Source of the DNA: Chrysomallon squamiferum
Lineage: Eukaryota; Animalia; Mollusca
Reading direction: 5' to 3'
NCBI GenBank assembly: GCA_012295275.1
Contig: CM022670.1
Coordinates: 34,100,001-34,164,000 of the forward strand
Length of the DNA stretch: 64,000 nucleotides
The notes below the pieces were generated by a model. The model had not been told where the DNA came from and did no database searches. It saw nothing but the letters and a program-made list of their open reading frames with translations. Both the position numbers and the translations under genes were made by a program. Below, piece by piece: positions 1 through 14,899 of this stretch. Every line of letters starts with the position of its first letter. The first letter of the stretch is position 1.

Positions 1-760
1 ATGTACGCTAAGGAAATTAATTTAAAGTGGATGTACAAGTTTTATAGTTTATCGTTTAAGTGTCTGAGAGAGAGACAGAGGTAGAGAGACAGAGAGAAGA
101 AGAAGAAAAAGAAGAAGAAGAAGAAGAAAAAGAATGAGACCATACTTTGGCGCGAATAGACAGAAATATTGATACATAGATAAACAAATATATAAATATA
201 TACATAAATACATGTATGCATATATACACAGAAAAAAAAAAGACGGGGGGACTGAGACAGATAGACAAAGGGACAGTCCTCAGAGTTATTTATGGTCTTT
301 TATGTTGTAATTATAGCGATAGACGCTTTTGAATGTAAATATTTTGGGAAAACCGAGAGACAGAAGACAAAAGGACAGCCAGACGCAGTCTTACTCCTCG
401 GAGTTATTTTATTTATTTGTTGTTATAGTGATAGAAGTTTTTGAATGTAAATACTTTTGGTATGTGAGAGAAAACATTACGTAGACACGTATCTAAGAAG
501 GACAAAAATGTCAGAACTTTTTACTAGAAATTTGAAGAACAAAAAGAATTGCAAATTAATAATTATGAATATGTGGGGGGAAAAAAAAAGAATTTTTCAA
601 AGTATTAACTGTCGGTTCATATTCTACAGTTTGAATTACATTAAGATCATCTTCATCTGTTATCTTGTACTTCTGTTCAGCACGTATTATCCTATAAGAA
701 TGAAGTTCATTAATTTCCTTTTTATTCTTTTATTTTCATTTTTTTTTTTTTTTTTTATTA

Positions 761-822
<62 letters not shown>

Positions 823-1362
823 TTAAAAATTGGGAACAGATCATATTTAATGCATGTTTAATTTTCCAACAGAAGTTCCCGTGTTGAACCGAATTACCAA
901 TGTTACTCTAAGTTGCGCTGTTGGTGTATTGGTACCCTGCCCATCAGAATATTGCTGCGTACTTCTAAATGTTGCCTCTTATTTTAATTTACAAAATACC
1001 GTTGTCTGGGACCACTGTATGTTTCCGTTTTTGCTCAAAGTATCAAACGGTCCGCTCAATGGTTTGAAAAATTAGAGGAAAAGAAATCCCAGAAATGGTA
1101 CCCAACACAAGCGTACATGAACCATTTTCAGATGGACACAAAACAACATGAAAGGAATTTTTTAACAAGTGGTAATCTGTTTTTTTTAATATTTCTAATT
1201 CAGTATTAAAATCACCAGAAAACGACACTGTTGAAATAATAAGGATACATGCATTTTCAAAACAACAAAGGTTTTTATTAGTTCAAATAGTTTTAATACA
1301 TTTCAGATATATAATGCAGAGCTTAATAAACACGGAAGGCAAATTAGAAAGTAATTATTAAT

Positions 1363-1401
<39 letters not shown>

Positions 1402-2248
1402 GAAGCACATTTCTGTACGTGATACGAATGATTAAAAAGAAACAATCTTCGGTATTATCCAAAACAGTGTAACTTAGAAAACTCAAAGAACTCAAACCTG
1501 TTTTATGTGAGATATAACTGTCACCGTGGGAACACACACATACATACACACACGCACCACACACCTAGACACAAATACGCGCGCTCTCACACACACACAC
1601 TAATTGCTTCCATAATTTTAACCCTTTTTTAAAATCAATTTGAATGCAACTATGGACAGCTTCATTAATCTGAGTAGCACGCAAAATCTTCAACTAATGT
1701 AGCACGCTTACCACAGTTTTTTTTAACCTTTCAGTTACAAAATTCAAGTAATTTTAATACGTTTTAATTAAAAGCAAATGGAGTAAACATTAATCCAAAA
1801 GTATAACGCCTTAGTTCGTTTGAAATGTAATCAAAAATAAATTTAAAGATGGTTGTTTTAAATTGAGATTAAATTTTTCTGTCTGACTGAAATGCGAAAT
1901 TTTATCCCACTGTTTACTCATTCATTCACGGAATGCTCAAAATACATTTCTATTTTCTCTTTTGTTGTAAATACCGTTGATTAAAAGAGTACATGTCATT
2001 AATCCGAACTGTAAATTATGGTGATTACAAGAACGGATAATAACGAACTGACGTACTGACGTACATACTTGTCTGACGTTCTTTCAGTCAGAATACATTC
2101 AGTACTCTTTTTAGCACTGTCTTTTTACTGTTACTGATATTGTTGTTGTTGCTGTTGTTATAATAGGCAGCAAATTAAAGAAAATACCCAATAAATACAT
2201 GCATGCACAGATTCATACATTCAAATACACATGTATTCACACATTTAT

Positions 2249-2475
<227 letters not shown>

Positions 2476-2562
2476 TCTCATATACAGTTATTATTTATGC
2501 TTGTAATTCTGATACTGGTATATTTTGATGTATATATCCATGTTTACCATTGCTTTGGTAAA

Positions 2563-2595
<33 letters not shown>

Positions 2596-2661
2596 TAAAC
2601 TGCTAATAACACAATGTAACTTGGTGATAAAACGGAAGACTGATAACAATACATGTATAAT

Positions 2662-3546
2662 TTAACAAACGGAAGATGGATGGACACGTTTTGGCGTTTT
2701 CGCGCACGTGATCAGAGTTTTAGCGGTCATTCTGTACGGCTTGTAGCATATCAGAAACAGTGGAAATTTGCTTATGTTGTAGATAGCAGGAAGAAAGCTG
2801 GAAACCAACGCAAAGGTATTCATAAGCGTTGAATGGCCACTTGCGAAATGCAATAAAGTGTCAATAAGTTGGTGCGGAATGTAGGATATATAAAGCAAAA
2901 TGCAGACAGCCAGTATAAGTTTACAACGCTTCATATATAGTTTCACCCTTCGCGAAATGAATCCCGTTTGCCAGAGTGCAAACTGAGAAACTTTGTAGAA
3001 ACTCAAACATTGAACAATCAAAGGCGGGAAGATTTTGTAGCAGAACAGACTCACATACACAATGTTACTTTTAACTGAAATGTTTTTTACGTTCACTTCT
3101 ACGTGAGCGAACTCTTCAAGACTTCGTATTCCTGGAAATAACGACAGTGATCCAACACAAAAATCCAAAATCAGGAGAATCGTCAAGCTTGTGTAAATTC
3201 TTTTTTTGGTCACCAGCAGCTTGTATTTCAGAGCTTTTGTTATGGAAAAAGCCAAAACTATTGCCAACAGGGCCAGAATTTGGAAAGACAATGTTAAAGA
3301 AACTGAGCCCAAAACTCCGAGAACTGCTTTAACATTTTCAGACAGATTTAAACTGTACAGAGAATCCATCGAGCCGATGATGTTGAAGCTCTGGTAAAAC
3401 AGTTCTGCGAGATTCTGCAGTGCAAGAAGCTGTTCTTGGTGATCTTTCAGTCTGTTCGTTTTGAAGATGATGACAATGGCGAGAATGCAGCTGACGAAGT
3501 GGACTATGTCAATAGAGTGCGACACGGCTAATACTGTGTAATTCAT
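2662..3546 (-). CDS. Intronless divergent 7TM GPCR-like protein (294 aa), putative chemoreceptor
   Basis: Uninterrupted 885-bp ORF in otherwise stop-rich DNA, with about seven hydrophobic segments. YKLLVTKKR resembles the class A ICL2 motif, SYIPH resembles the TM6 xxxP motif, and KPYR follows the last TM like helix 8. DRY and NPxxY are absent. Collinear paralog at 8317-9222. Confidence 0.8.
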   Translation of the reverse strand: MNYTVLAVSHSIDIVHFVSCILAIVIIFKTNRLKDHQEQLLALQNLAELFYQSFNIIGSMDSLYSLNLSENVKAVLGVLGSVSLTLSFQILALLAIVLAFSITKALKYKLLVTKKRIYTSLTILLILDFCVGSLSLFPGIRSLEEFAHVEVNVKNISVKSNIVYVSLFCYKIFPPLIVQCLSFYKVSQFALWQTGFISRRVKLYMKRCKLILAVCILLYISYIPHQLIDTLLHFASGHSTLMNTFALVSSFLPAIYNISKFPLFLICYKPYRMTAKTLITCAKTPKRVHPSSVC

Positions 3547-5627
3547 TTTGTGTAGGAGACTGTTTTATTCTTCACAACACTTGCTACAAGACGTACGCAG
3601 CCAAGATTTCCTCACAAAACAGACACGTAAATAAATAAATGATCCTGTGACACATATTTACTAGTATTAAAGAATAAATCAGCAAAATCAGTGTAATACT
3701 TTCCTGGGTTTTTTACAGTTATATTGTCAGCGATACATTCTTATAACTTCCATAAAAATAAAATAAAAATTGTATATGTATTTGTCTTCACGCCAGATAA
3801 TTTCCAACCATTCTTGATAATAAACTATACAAATTCTTAATTTCTCAGAATTTCTTCAAACTTCTTCATCCGAAAAAAGATATAGGCAACATGCGATGGT
3901 AAAATTAAAGTTCTGGTTTCAGTATTATTTTCCATGAAAATAATGTCAGCTTCTTCTCATTCATCTTGTGGTAACTTTAACAGAAAACCAGTAAGTGTTC
4001 GCAAATAAATATTTTATCTGCTTATCTCTCTTGATTTTGAAATCAGGTTAACACTTTGTCGATGCTATGATAATTCCTAAACTTATCTGTCTTTTTTTTC
4101 ACGTTAAGCGAATTACTGTATTTTAAATCTCTTTTATGATGAATGATCCACTCACAGATTATAAATTTCTTAAGTTGTTACTGTAAAGTCAAATTAAGAA
4201 CCCACAGTTGTATTGTTTATTCTAGTCACTATAGTAAAAAGTTATTCTGTTATAACACAATTACTCAGAATTTACTTTTCACAGTTGTGTCTGCCATGGT
4301 AGATCTGGAGCTGTACCAAAAGACACAAAAGAGCGAACATCCAAGCACTGTTTTTATTTCTTTTTATTTCCACAGTTTTTGTATATTTCTTGATTAGCGT
4401 TTTGTTCTTTTCTTTCTTTCTTTCTTCCTTTTCTCAGTATCTGGTAATTCCTTCAGTATCCCTTGAGTAACTTTTGATAATGGATAACAAACACGATACA
4501 GAGCAGTTATATCATCCTGTTTCTTTATTCCAGCTCTACAAACACACAAATATCAGTGTTATTACTTTTTCTCTTTCAAATGATCTTATATGTTATTGCA
4601 ACGTCCCACGACAACAGTTAAAAACGCAACCTAATATCAAAAGAAGTCAAACAAACATTTTCTTTTCATTTCAAAATCTATAGAAACTTCATCTGTGTTT
4701 TCTTTTTTCCTTTCTCTTTTATTTTTTAGAAATGATTTCCGAGCTTCACACTGCTCTGAACAACTCTTGTTCAAAAATAGAAGGGAAAACAAACAGAAGA
4801 CAGTAAATAAAAATGTCCTGCTCGATGATGAAACGCATAATACCACGCAATACCAGACTGTCTTCGTTTTCTCTGGATTCCCATTGCTTTGGCTACAGGC
4901 TGATTGGGCAGTGTCTGCGTATCGCATCTTCTTACTAAGAGGCGTCCGCACACAGGCTTTCAGATTAAGAAGAAAGAAAGAAAGAAAAAAACCCACACTG
5001 ATCGATCTTCGCTGTCCATGTAATGTTATCTCTGTATGGTACCATTTGCAGGCACGACATATCGTCACTGTGTGTAATAGATACTAACAATAACAGTAAT
5101 AGAAGCAGCAGTAGTCGTAGTAGTAGTAATAGTAGTAGTAGTAGTAATAGTAGTAGTAATAGTAATAATAGTATTTATTTACATCTTTATGTTTATGTTT
5201 ATTATTATTAGTAGTAGTAGTAGTTGTAGTAGTAACAGTGTAATAATAAAATATAATAAATATCAATACATTTTAATATAAAATAATATAATAAAACAGC
5301 GACGACGACAACAACAACAGTTACACAATAATAAACAATTCAGGTGATTTTTAAAAATGTTTTAACTAATAATTATAAAAAAAAAAAAATAATAGTAATT
5401 GCAGAGGTAAGGTGAATCTGTGAATATTCCTTGTTTTAAGTTTCATCATTTTAAATAATTTGTTTTAACATCTTCATTACAGTTCATGATAGTGAATTTA
5501 ATGAAAGCATGAAAAAGGCAGCTTTGAGTCTTCATTCTTGTACAGAAAACTAATTTAGTACATGTCATGGCTGAACACATATTTATCGAAAATTTACAAG
5601 AAAAGAGTTAGGTTCCTGTTTCTGTTT

Positions 5628-5726
<99 letters not shown>

Positions 5727-6315
5727 ATGATGATGATGATGATGATGATAATAATAATAATAATAATCATCATAATAATAATAAAAAAAAACAAAAGAAA
5801 AAAATAAATTAATAATTACGTCCTCTTCACGACAGCCTCCAAATCTGCAGTTCACAAGAAACAAATATTTGAATGTTTCAATCGGCTGAGTAAGAAAAGA
5901 ATCCATATATGCAGGACTGTGAAGTAAGAACGTGTTGTTTTTGTCAGTCTGGATGGATTACTGTTTTGTCAGATTCGAAAATGCTGCAGGACATTCTCAG
6001 TCTCGCATTATTCATTTCTGCTTCATCGCAGATTTCTTCATTTCTATGCCACCAGCAACTTTTCGACAAAAGACGTATTAAGTATATTATTTGGGTTTAA
6101 GTTGAAAGGTTGAAAGATGTAACTATAGGTTTCGATTTTCGTTTTGTTTTTATATGCTATACTACCTCATGTACTACAACTACTGTTACTACTGCTGCTA
6201 CTATTACTACAACCATGATTATTAGTACCATTACTATTGTTATTATTGTTACTACAATATTGCCAAAGTTACTGCATCATCATCAGTATTAATGGCCTTT
6301 TCTTCTTAAATACTT

Positions 6316-6421
<106 letters not shown>

Positions 6422-7177
6422 AGGTAGACGCTTGGGTTGATAACCTTTCTTCGTATATTTTAATATTTAACCAAGATTAATTTACAAAGCGGATTTGAGC
6501 AATTCACTTCTAATTACATCCCACATCTTACACCTTCGCTTTCTTCTTACAAATACTCTTCTTCTTCATATCAATATTAATATCAGAGATTAGTTTAACA
6601 ATTCGCTAGACACCTTTCATTGAGACAATCGTTGTTAATAATATGCTAAATGTAAAAGATTTCTATGGTACGTCATTACCGCGGCTATTTCTAAACATGA
6701 ACGAACAAAATTTGTAACTATCTAATCTCTTCAACAATGGAGAAACGTCAGATATGACATTTATTCAAGTAATACAGTCAGTTGTAAGATTTCAACATAC
6801 CAATTCTTCCGATTGTATAATTTATTCATGAATTAAATATTATAGTAGGGTCTAAAATGTTCTCATATTTTACACCAATTACAGAAAATGTGACATTACG
6901 TTGGATTTTTGAAAAAATAAAATGGTAAAAAAATATATCCACAACCCAGTGAATACAAATTTGAATAAACAGCGATCTAACCAGTGTTTTATGTTTGATA
7001 CATTATTGCACATAACACAATTGATGTGTTTAAGACAAGTGATAGAAAAATGATGTTAATATACAGCATTTATTTCATCGAAAAACTAATAATAATTCAC
7101 ATTATTTCGTACATTCTGATTAACAAGTGATTCAGAAAGAAACATTCGTTTTGCTAATTCACAACAGCATGTAAGAT

Positions 7178-7455
7178 TCGGTGGGATGTAGCATAGTGAT
7201 TAGAATTTGTAGAGAGACTGGACACTGGTTCAGTTCTGTTGGATTAATTCCCTTTGCCAGGAAATGTCCACTGGTTTCTCATATATCACTGTCTATTGGA
7301 CGGTGCATGTAAAAAGATTCCTTTGCTGTAAAAGAAGAAAAAAAAAAAGTATCTCACTTGGACAACCGTGTTGATTATCTATATCGTCCTCTATATTTTA
7401 TCCCATATGATGCCATATAACCATTGATTAATGGTGTTGGTAGTGGCATGTTTAC
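7178..7455 (+). mobile_element. Degenerate tRNA-derived SINE (mollusc Meta/MESC-like)
   Basis: tRNA-like head (GGTGGGATGTAGCATAGTG A-box-like; GGTTCAGTTC B-box-like), core-like GGTGCATGTAAAAAGATTCCTTTGCTG, and tail-like CCATATGATGCCATATAACC. Family assignment is from recollection of gastropod SINE consensus, not a search. Confidence 0.55.
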
Positions 7456-8015
7456 TGCAGTAGTTCTTCCGTCTTTCGATTTACGATCACTTAGAAGTTC
7501 TTTCAAAACTTGTTCAAAAACAGAATAATATGCCTGTAGACGCTAGTGTAATCGATATTTTTCCACCACGTTTTTGAATAACGGTTGGATTTATTATTCC
7601 CCGCCCCCCAACCAGGTTCTGACAGCTCTCAATCTGTGGCCAAACCAAGACCGATATCTGAACTTCGACTTAGAAAAACAAAACACAATATAACAGAATT
7701 GTGTTTTGAAAACAAAAAGATCGAAAACATTATTGAGGTTATTTTTTATAAACTACAATTGTTTACGTATGTCACTGGAAATAACTAATGATATCTGAGT
7801 TATATTGAGACTTAGAAACAACAATGAAGACATCTCACATTCCAGTTCGTAACTATGTGGACACGTGATATAGTAGTTCCTCTTCGAAAATGTGCTTAAT
7901 GAATACGTGAATTCATAAATGACTTGAAGGCAAATTTTAAATGTCAACATTTTTTTTTTTTTTCTGTAATAATAACATGAGAGAGAATATTGTAAAATAA
8001 ACTAATCATACTTAT

Positions 8016-8112
8016 CAGCAACAGGGTTTTTTGTTTTTAAAATAGGCACTCTCGCATATATCACATATGACAAATATGATAAACTAACTTTCGAACACTG
8101 GTTGGAACGGTA
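8016..8112 (-). mobile_element. SINE core fragment, antisense, probably same family as 7178-7455
   Basis: CAGCAACAGGGTTTTTT...AACACTGGTTGGAACGG resembles the reverse complement of the SINE core. Similar fragments lie near 12845 and 53625-53690. Confidence 0.3.
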
Positions 8113-8316
8113 AAATTATCCTTCATACGGTTTGTAATTTAGAAGAAAAAAAAAAAACTGTTTTTAAATGTTTCGCCATAAGTTGTGCGTTGGCAAAATC
8201 GGAGTTCAAAGATCAAGTAGATTTTTAAAAAATAACTGATCTGAGAGAATTATTCGTATGACAGTCTTAGCTGGAGAACAAATAGTCACTGAACAGTCAC
8301 TGTGAAGTAATTCCAG

Positions 8317-9222
8317 TCACGAGGTCTGTGTCGATGGATGGATACGAGGACGATTCTTCCTCCTGCAGATTAAGGACAGCACGGTCATCCTGTACGCCTT
8401 GCAGTAAATGAGAAAAATGGGAAACTTGCTGATGCTGTAAATAACAGGAAGATAGTTGGAAACTGTCGCGACGATGTGCGTAAATTGTTGTTCGTGGTTA
8501 AAAAGCAGAACACAGTCTATCACTTTGTGTGGAAAATACGAAATGTTAATAAAAATACACACAACCAAGATAAATTTAACATTTCTCATAAGCTCGAGAA
8601 CTCTTCGCGAAAACAACGCCAGTGTTTGTAAACGAGCGAATTTGCTGACACTGTAAAAACTTGCTAACTGACAAGCGAGCGGAGGAAGTAACTGAAAACA
8701 GATACGAAATACGTTAACAGCGATGCTCCTAACTGATACATTGGCGTTGGCCCTGGCCTCTTCCTCTTCGTTTTGTGAATGAACTATGTATCCAGGTATT
8801 TTCGTTCCTGGAATTAAGGACAGAGACCCAACGAAGACATCAAGCAGCAGAAGCGACACGAACAGTTTCACCACGCGGTCTTTCGTCACAAACAATTTGT
8901 ACTTGACAGCACATGTTATGGAAGCGGTCGACATTGCAGCTAAGAAAGCCAAAATCTGGAACGACAGTGACAAACAAATCATGTCAAGAATCTCCATAAT
9001 GTGTTCTGCTGTCGACGCCGGTTTTGAGTCCAGTAAAATGTAAATAACGTTGATGATGTGGATTGCTTCATAAAGCACTTCGGCCAGAATCTGAAGCGCC
9101 AACAACTGTTCTTGAAGTTCAGCAAACCTGTTGGTCTTGTAAATAATAGCTATCATGAGAATACAGCTCACAAGGTGAATCGAATTAAAAACAAAAGACA
9201 CTATGACAATGTACTTCAGCAT
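8317..9222 (-). CDS. Intronless divergent 7TM GPCR-like protein (301 aa), tandem paralog of 2662-3546
   Basis: Uninterrupted ORF. It shares blocks with the first copy: KTNR..QEQLLALQxLAE, LSFQILA, YKLxVTKxR, VGSLSLxPG, ISYxPH, ISKFPxFLI, YRMT, RxHPS. Confidence 0.8.
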   Translation of the reverse strand: MLKYIVIVSFVFNSIHLVSCILMIAIIYKTNRFAELQEQLLALQILAEVLYEAIHIINVIYILLDSKPASTAEHIMEILDMICLSLSFQILAFLAAMSTASITCAVKYKLFVTKDRVVKLFVSLLLLDVFVGSLSLIPGTKIPGYIVHSQNEEEEARANANVSVRSIAVNVFRICFQLLPPLACQLASFYSVSKFARLQTLALFSRRVLELMRNVKFILVVCIFINISYFPHKVIDCVLLFNHEQQFTHIVATVSNYLPVIYSISKFPIFLIYCKAYRMTVLSLICRRKNRPRIHPSTQTS

Positions 9223-10156
9223 ATTGAAATCTCTACTACGGTAGTCTCTTTTTTTCTTCCAGAATTCTGTTCAACTTGTTAGTGCTCAGAAACAGAAAGT
9301 TGGCTTTCAGTACACTTTATCCTCTGTTACGTCTTCATGCGCACGAACCTACGTACACATACACGATTTGCTGTACAGAACAGATAAGAAAGATTTCCCA
9401 AAACTAATGATAATTAATGTCTACTTACAACGTAATACAATAGCGGTTATACAAATAAATAAGGCATAATTTGTCTCGAATGACGAATAAAGATCGATTT
9501 GTGTGCATGTACAGTAATAACACTGTTATGTTGACGAACAAAAGCTGTATTGCTAACAATAAGTACATACTTGGCTTCACTGCATTAAATGCAATAAAAT
9601 AGTTGACTATGGAAAACATGAACATTTTTTACAAAAAGAATGGATTTTAAATAAAGGTCAAAAAGTAATCTTAACAAACCCAATTATCATTATAATTATT
9701 TTATGTTATTTTTATTTAAATTTTCTTTTTTTATTATTATTAATTTTTTTTTGTTCTTCTTATTAAATATATAAACAAAATGTTTCGGTGTAAGCTTAAG
9801 GTACTTTAAAGTTAATTTAATTTTAATTTTTCATTTTATTTAATTTTTAATCCAGTCAAACTAATAAGTCACTTGTTTGATAGCAGGTTGTTTTATTAGT
9901 AGTGAGAATGTTGATTATATGCATAGCGTACACTTCAATACGTTTTTGGTGTCAGTATGTACTGCAAAACGAACCTGAAACACTGATAAGCAATAGTATG
10001 TTAGTAAGTTAGTTAGTTCGAAGATGAACAAACTGATAAAAATATGTACTCACTGTGTTTCATTACAGTGGATAAAAATAAAATATTTAGAAAATAAAAA
10101 AATTATGTATCTTTAAAGTCAGATAATACTAATACTAATACTAATATTACTACTAT

Positions 10157-10207
<51 letters not shown>

Positions 10208-12015
10208 TTCTACTACTACTACTACTACTACTACTAATAATAATAAATAGATTATTATGATGGGAAGTATACTAAAAAAATGTGTGTTTTTTCTAAAAAG
10301 GAAAAACAAACAATTAAACAATATAAATAAATAAATAAATAAATAAATTCTTTACGTTAGTGAGTTAGTGATAATGACTGGGATATGCATTATCTTTTTC
10401 TGAAGACAATTAGTGATAAAACGTATCGCAAAACAGCCTGCAATGAACTCTCCCTCTTTCAGACACAACGACCAAACCAGTCTTTTCAGGCCATGTAATG
10501 CATGCTTTATTCACATATGTTTTATCTACATGATGGACATTCATTTTCACTATTGAATTAGTGTAAATATTTCTGTATCTAATCTGTAACTATTTCTGTA
10601 TTCAACAGCGTTCATTAGCACGGAGTACACTGAACGTAATTAGCTGAGTGAAAGACGTGGGCAAGTTTCATTGTCATTCGTGGTGAAATATGCAGCCACT
10701 ACATGCTCTGGCACTGCTCTTGGTCATGCGTCCCTGCATTGTCGCTGTTAGACATCACACTGCAGTTACAACGACAACAATACGCATCCACTGAACGTAC
10801 GTTACTACAACAACGATTTCGCAAATTGGGAATTCTTCAGACCCTGACATCGTTTGACAACAGATTATTGTTTGTGTGCAATCAGATTATAATTACAACA
10901 ATAACAATCTGAAGCACGACGAATGTGCGTAAAACACGACAATATTTTCACAAACCGAGAATACACATTAACCAATTATCACTGTGGGTGTCGGTAATTT
11001 TTAGTATGCATCAGGCATTGTCTAGATGATCTGTTTAACCATCTACACTGCTCTGTAACACTGTGGTTGTGTCATAGGCTGACAGTTGTTAGAACTTAAC
11101 AAGAAGGTACAGAACGACTGCACCTTCCCTTCTAACTAGCTAACTCACTAACACACTAACACTGTATTAGACTCACAAGGCAGAGTGTTGGATTATATGT
11201 CATATTAGATAGTCGTATTAAAAATGTATCTGCTTATAAAAACATCTCAAAATGTTTGATTTACCTTGTCTCACCTAATTCTTTTTTTTTTTAAATCTGA
11301 ACCATACACACACGCACGCACACATACACATATTTATACATATACATTTATTATAATACTACATTATATATAGGAGAAACAAATTTAGAAATTTATCTTT
11401 CGCTGACATTTAAAGATATATCAAATTCGTTATAGTAAGTCGAGTGTAACTGTACCGGATAATGGAATATCGGTAACCTTTTTATTCTGCAGTACACCAA
11501 CCATTACTTTACTATTTATACTACCAATAAAGACCTACTAATGATCCTACCGTACTAAGAACGAGATACATTAACACAAATACACACTGAATTAATAGTT
11601 TAAAAGACTAAGCCAAAAAAGAAAAAAAAAAAAAAAACGATAATTATGATGGCTTCTACTGACACACAGTCTGATGCCTGACAAAGATGTTGCTGTTAAT
11701 TCATTTGGCTTCTGAACCATTCCTTCTGGGAACCACAGACTTTCAGACATTGTGGTCAGAGCCTAATTCACTGAATTGCTGGGGAATAGTGTCACATATT
11801 TCATTTAAGACTCTCTTTCTCTCTCTCAAATTCAAACATTATAACTGAATTCTGTTTTAACAAATATCCCATTTTGAAAGTAAGGAACATAAAGTAATAA
11901 TGAACAGTTTACTTGTATGCATGTTATAACCCATGGCAGAATCACGTTTGGGGTACTTGTCTATTACTCGTAAGTGATTATACGGAAAAGAAACAAAAAC
12001 AAATCATCGACTTGC

Positions 12016-12526
<511 letters not shown>

Positions 12527-13520
12527 AAATAATATAAAAAAATAAATAAAAATAAACCAGAGATTTGCTACATAAGTAGCGATTGAGTTGTATCTGCATT
12601 TTGAAATAACTGAAATGATCTTTATCTAATTTCTGCCCATACATTCCTATTGTGTGGCAAAAACATAACAACATTAATTGTTTAATTTAATCAATAAATC
12701 TGGAAATCTTTAGAAAACAAATGGTGACGTACGAATGTCGGAATGTGGTAGCATATTTCGCTTTACCTGATGTAAGATATAAAAATAATAAGACAAAAAA
12801 CCCAACAGTGTCAATAATTACAACTAATTTTCTCTTTCTTGTTTCAGCAACAGGTTATTTTTTAAATATAAAACAGAAGTAGGCGTCCTGCATAGTTCTT
12901 TGATTGTCAATATGTGTGAACAAAGGATCCAACCACTCCTGGTCGTATTATCGACAGAGGCCGTATGAGAAATAAAAAAACAAAAACCATTACCATTAGA
13001 CCACTCTTAGAAAACCATTAGACCAAACTCTTTTTATATATATTATAGAATAGACTGTTAGAATACTATTTCGTTAATGGTTATTAAATGTCTGATATTA
13101 GAATTATAAACTGACCAGTTCTATTCTAAAACAGTTTAGCTTCTGCAAAAATTTAGTTCTGCCACAAACACTTTTCTTCGCAGTTGTAATTTAATACTTT
13201 CAATTCTTTGAATTATTCACTGACACAATGTTCCTAATTAATAATCATTTCAGCTGAATCGGCAAGATGTAATTATTTTATTTTATTTTATTTTAGTATC
13301 TGTCAGCTGTTTTTCTCTGTGAAGGGGTTTTGTTGCAAATTCTCACTGTACATTCTGTCAGTTTACCTCAGAAAGATTACTGAAACGACGATAAAACATC
13401 TACAGATTTACATCAGCTCTGAATTAAAACCTTCTGAAAACACATTTAAACAAATACGTATCACCTACTATGTGACACGAGTAAAAGCAAGTTTTATATA
13501 TTACTATTTATTTATTAATG

Positions 13521-13567
<47 letters not shown>

Positions 13568-14723
13568 TAACAAAATCTGCCATAAGCAGACCTATTTTTT
13601 ATAAGCTGTGATATGATGGTTTGTTGCAAAAAGTAAAATCCTGTGCCCAATCCAAAAGCCAGTGAATGTACACAGACGATATTAATTTGATTTATTATTC
13701 AAGGATGGTCGAACATCGATTCTAAACTAAATCACATTTCTGCCTATTACCTATGCCATCTACTATAAATAAAATAAATAAAATAAAATAAAATAAAATA
13801 AAATAAATAAATAAATATAATTACTACACTACGTATGTTATAATATATTATATAAAGTTAGTGATTAATCAAAATTGTATTATGAATATGGTGCCAAAAT
13901 ATGCTGGTTACAGGTACAAAAAATATATATATATATATATAATTTAAAAAATAATAATAAAAAGAAATTTAATAATGATGATGATTATAACAGACTGAAA
14001 TAAATTTCCTAACCAAACGTTTTATTAAAAAGAATATTTAAAAAAAAAAGTGATCGAAATAAAACATTTCTTCTTTTAGTTATCACAAAAATTCTTGTTC
14101 TAAAAATCGCCATCTTTCAGATCATTCCCCCCGTGACATAAGTACAATGATAAATAGAAAACTGATGTTTTAAGTAAGTAAACGGACACCTACAAATTGT
14201 TATGTAAAACGTGCAAGTGACTTCTATTGTTATTGTCAGACGTAATACTGAATTTTGAAAGCATGAAATAATTAAATTTATATCTTTTCCTCTTTTGAAT
14301 TTAAAGAGAAAGATAAATGAACAGAGTTAAACTCATTCATATTTTGATTTTTCTTTTCCTCATTCTACAACTGTCATTTCTTATCTTTCTCATTCACTTT
14401 CTCGAAAGCTTCTTCACATTCATATAATCTGCATCTTCTTCTTCTTCTTCCTTTTTGTTTCGCCCTCTGAGATTTAACTGTTAAAAAACAAAACAACCCA
14501 CACACATAAACCCTCAAATAAAAACCAAAGAAAGACCAACAATAAAACCAGATAAATCTGTATGTTTATATTCTTGAGTTCCAGGCAAAGACGAAGATAA
14601 ATATCGGTGTTATTTAACTAATTATATCTTAATCTGCTTTACAAGGCGACAACGTAGTGTCAATGTTCGCTTCGACCATTGGAATTCATCATCAAGTCAC
14701 CGACTTGCAATCTTATCCTTCTC

Positions 14724-14754
<31 letters not shown>

Positions 14755-14767
14755 AAAATTTCAGTCT

Positions 14768-14899
14768 CATCCATTATCAACAATTATTAAACCAGAATAA
14801 CCAACAACACGGATATTTCTAATAATTACGTTGAGAAACAAAATGAAGATTAGCAAGAACCTTTTCCAGTAATAATGAAATAGAACTGAAGCCAGCATT
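14768..14899 (+). repeat. Dispersed ~130-bp repeat, copy 1 (copy 2 at 63114-63245)
   Basis: CATCCATTATCAACAATTATTAAACCAGAATAACCAAC...TTAGCAAGAACCTTTTCCAGTAATAATGAAAT is shared by both copies, and both are preceded by (AAT)n. Confidence 0.85.

Noticed and set aside
4637-5087. 143-aa and 130-aa antiparallel ORFs between the GPCRs
   Set aside because: No recognisable motif, splice context or similarity to the GPCRs. Coding status cannot be supported.
7178-7245. tRNA gene
   Set aside because: A/B-box-like sequence is present but no cloverleaf can be folded. It continues into SINE-like core sequence.
10690-10912. Short signal-peptide-like ORF (MQPLHALALLLV...) and overlapping 69-aa ORF
   Set aside because: Terminates after 34 codons with no supporting splice structure or recognisable family.
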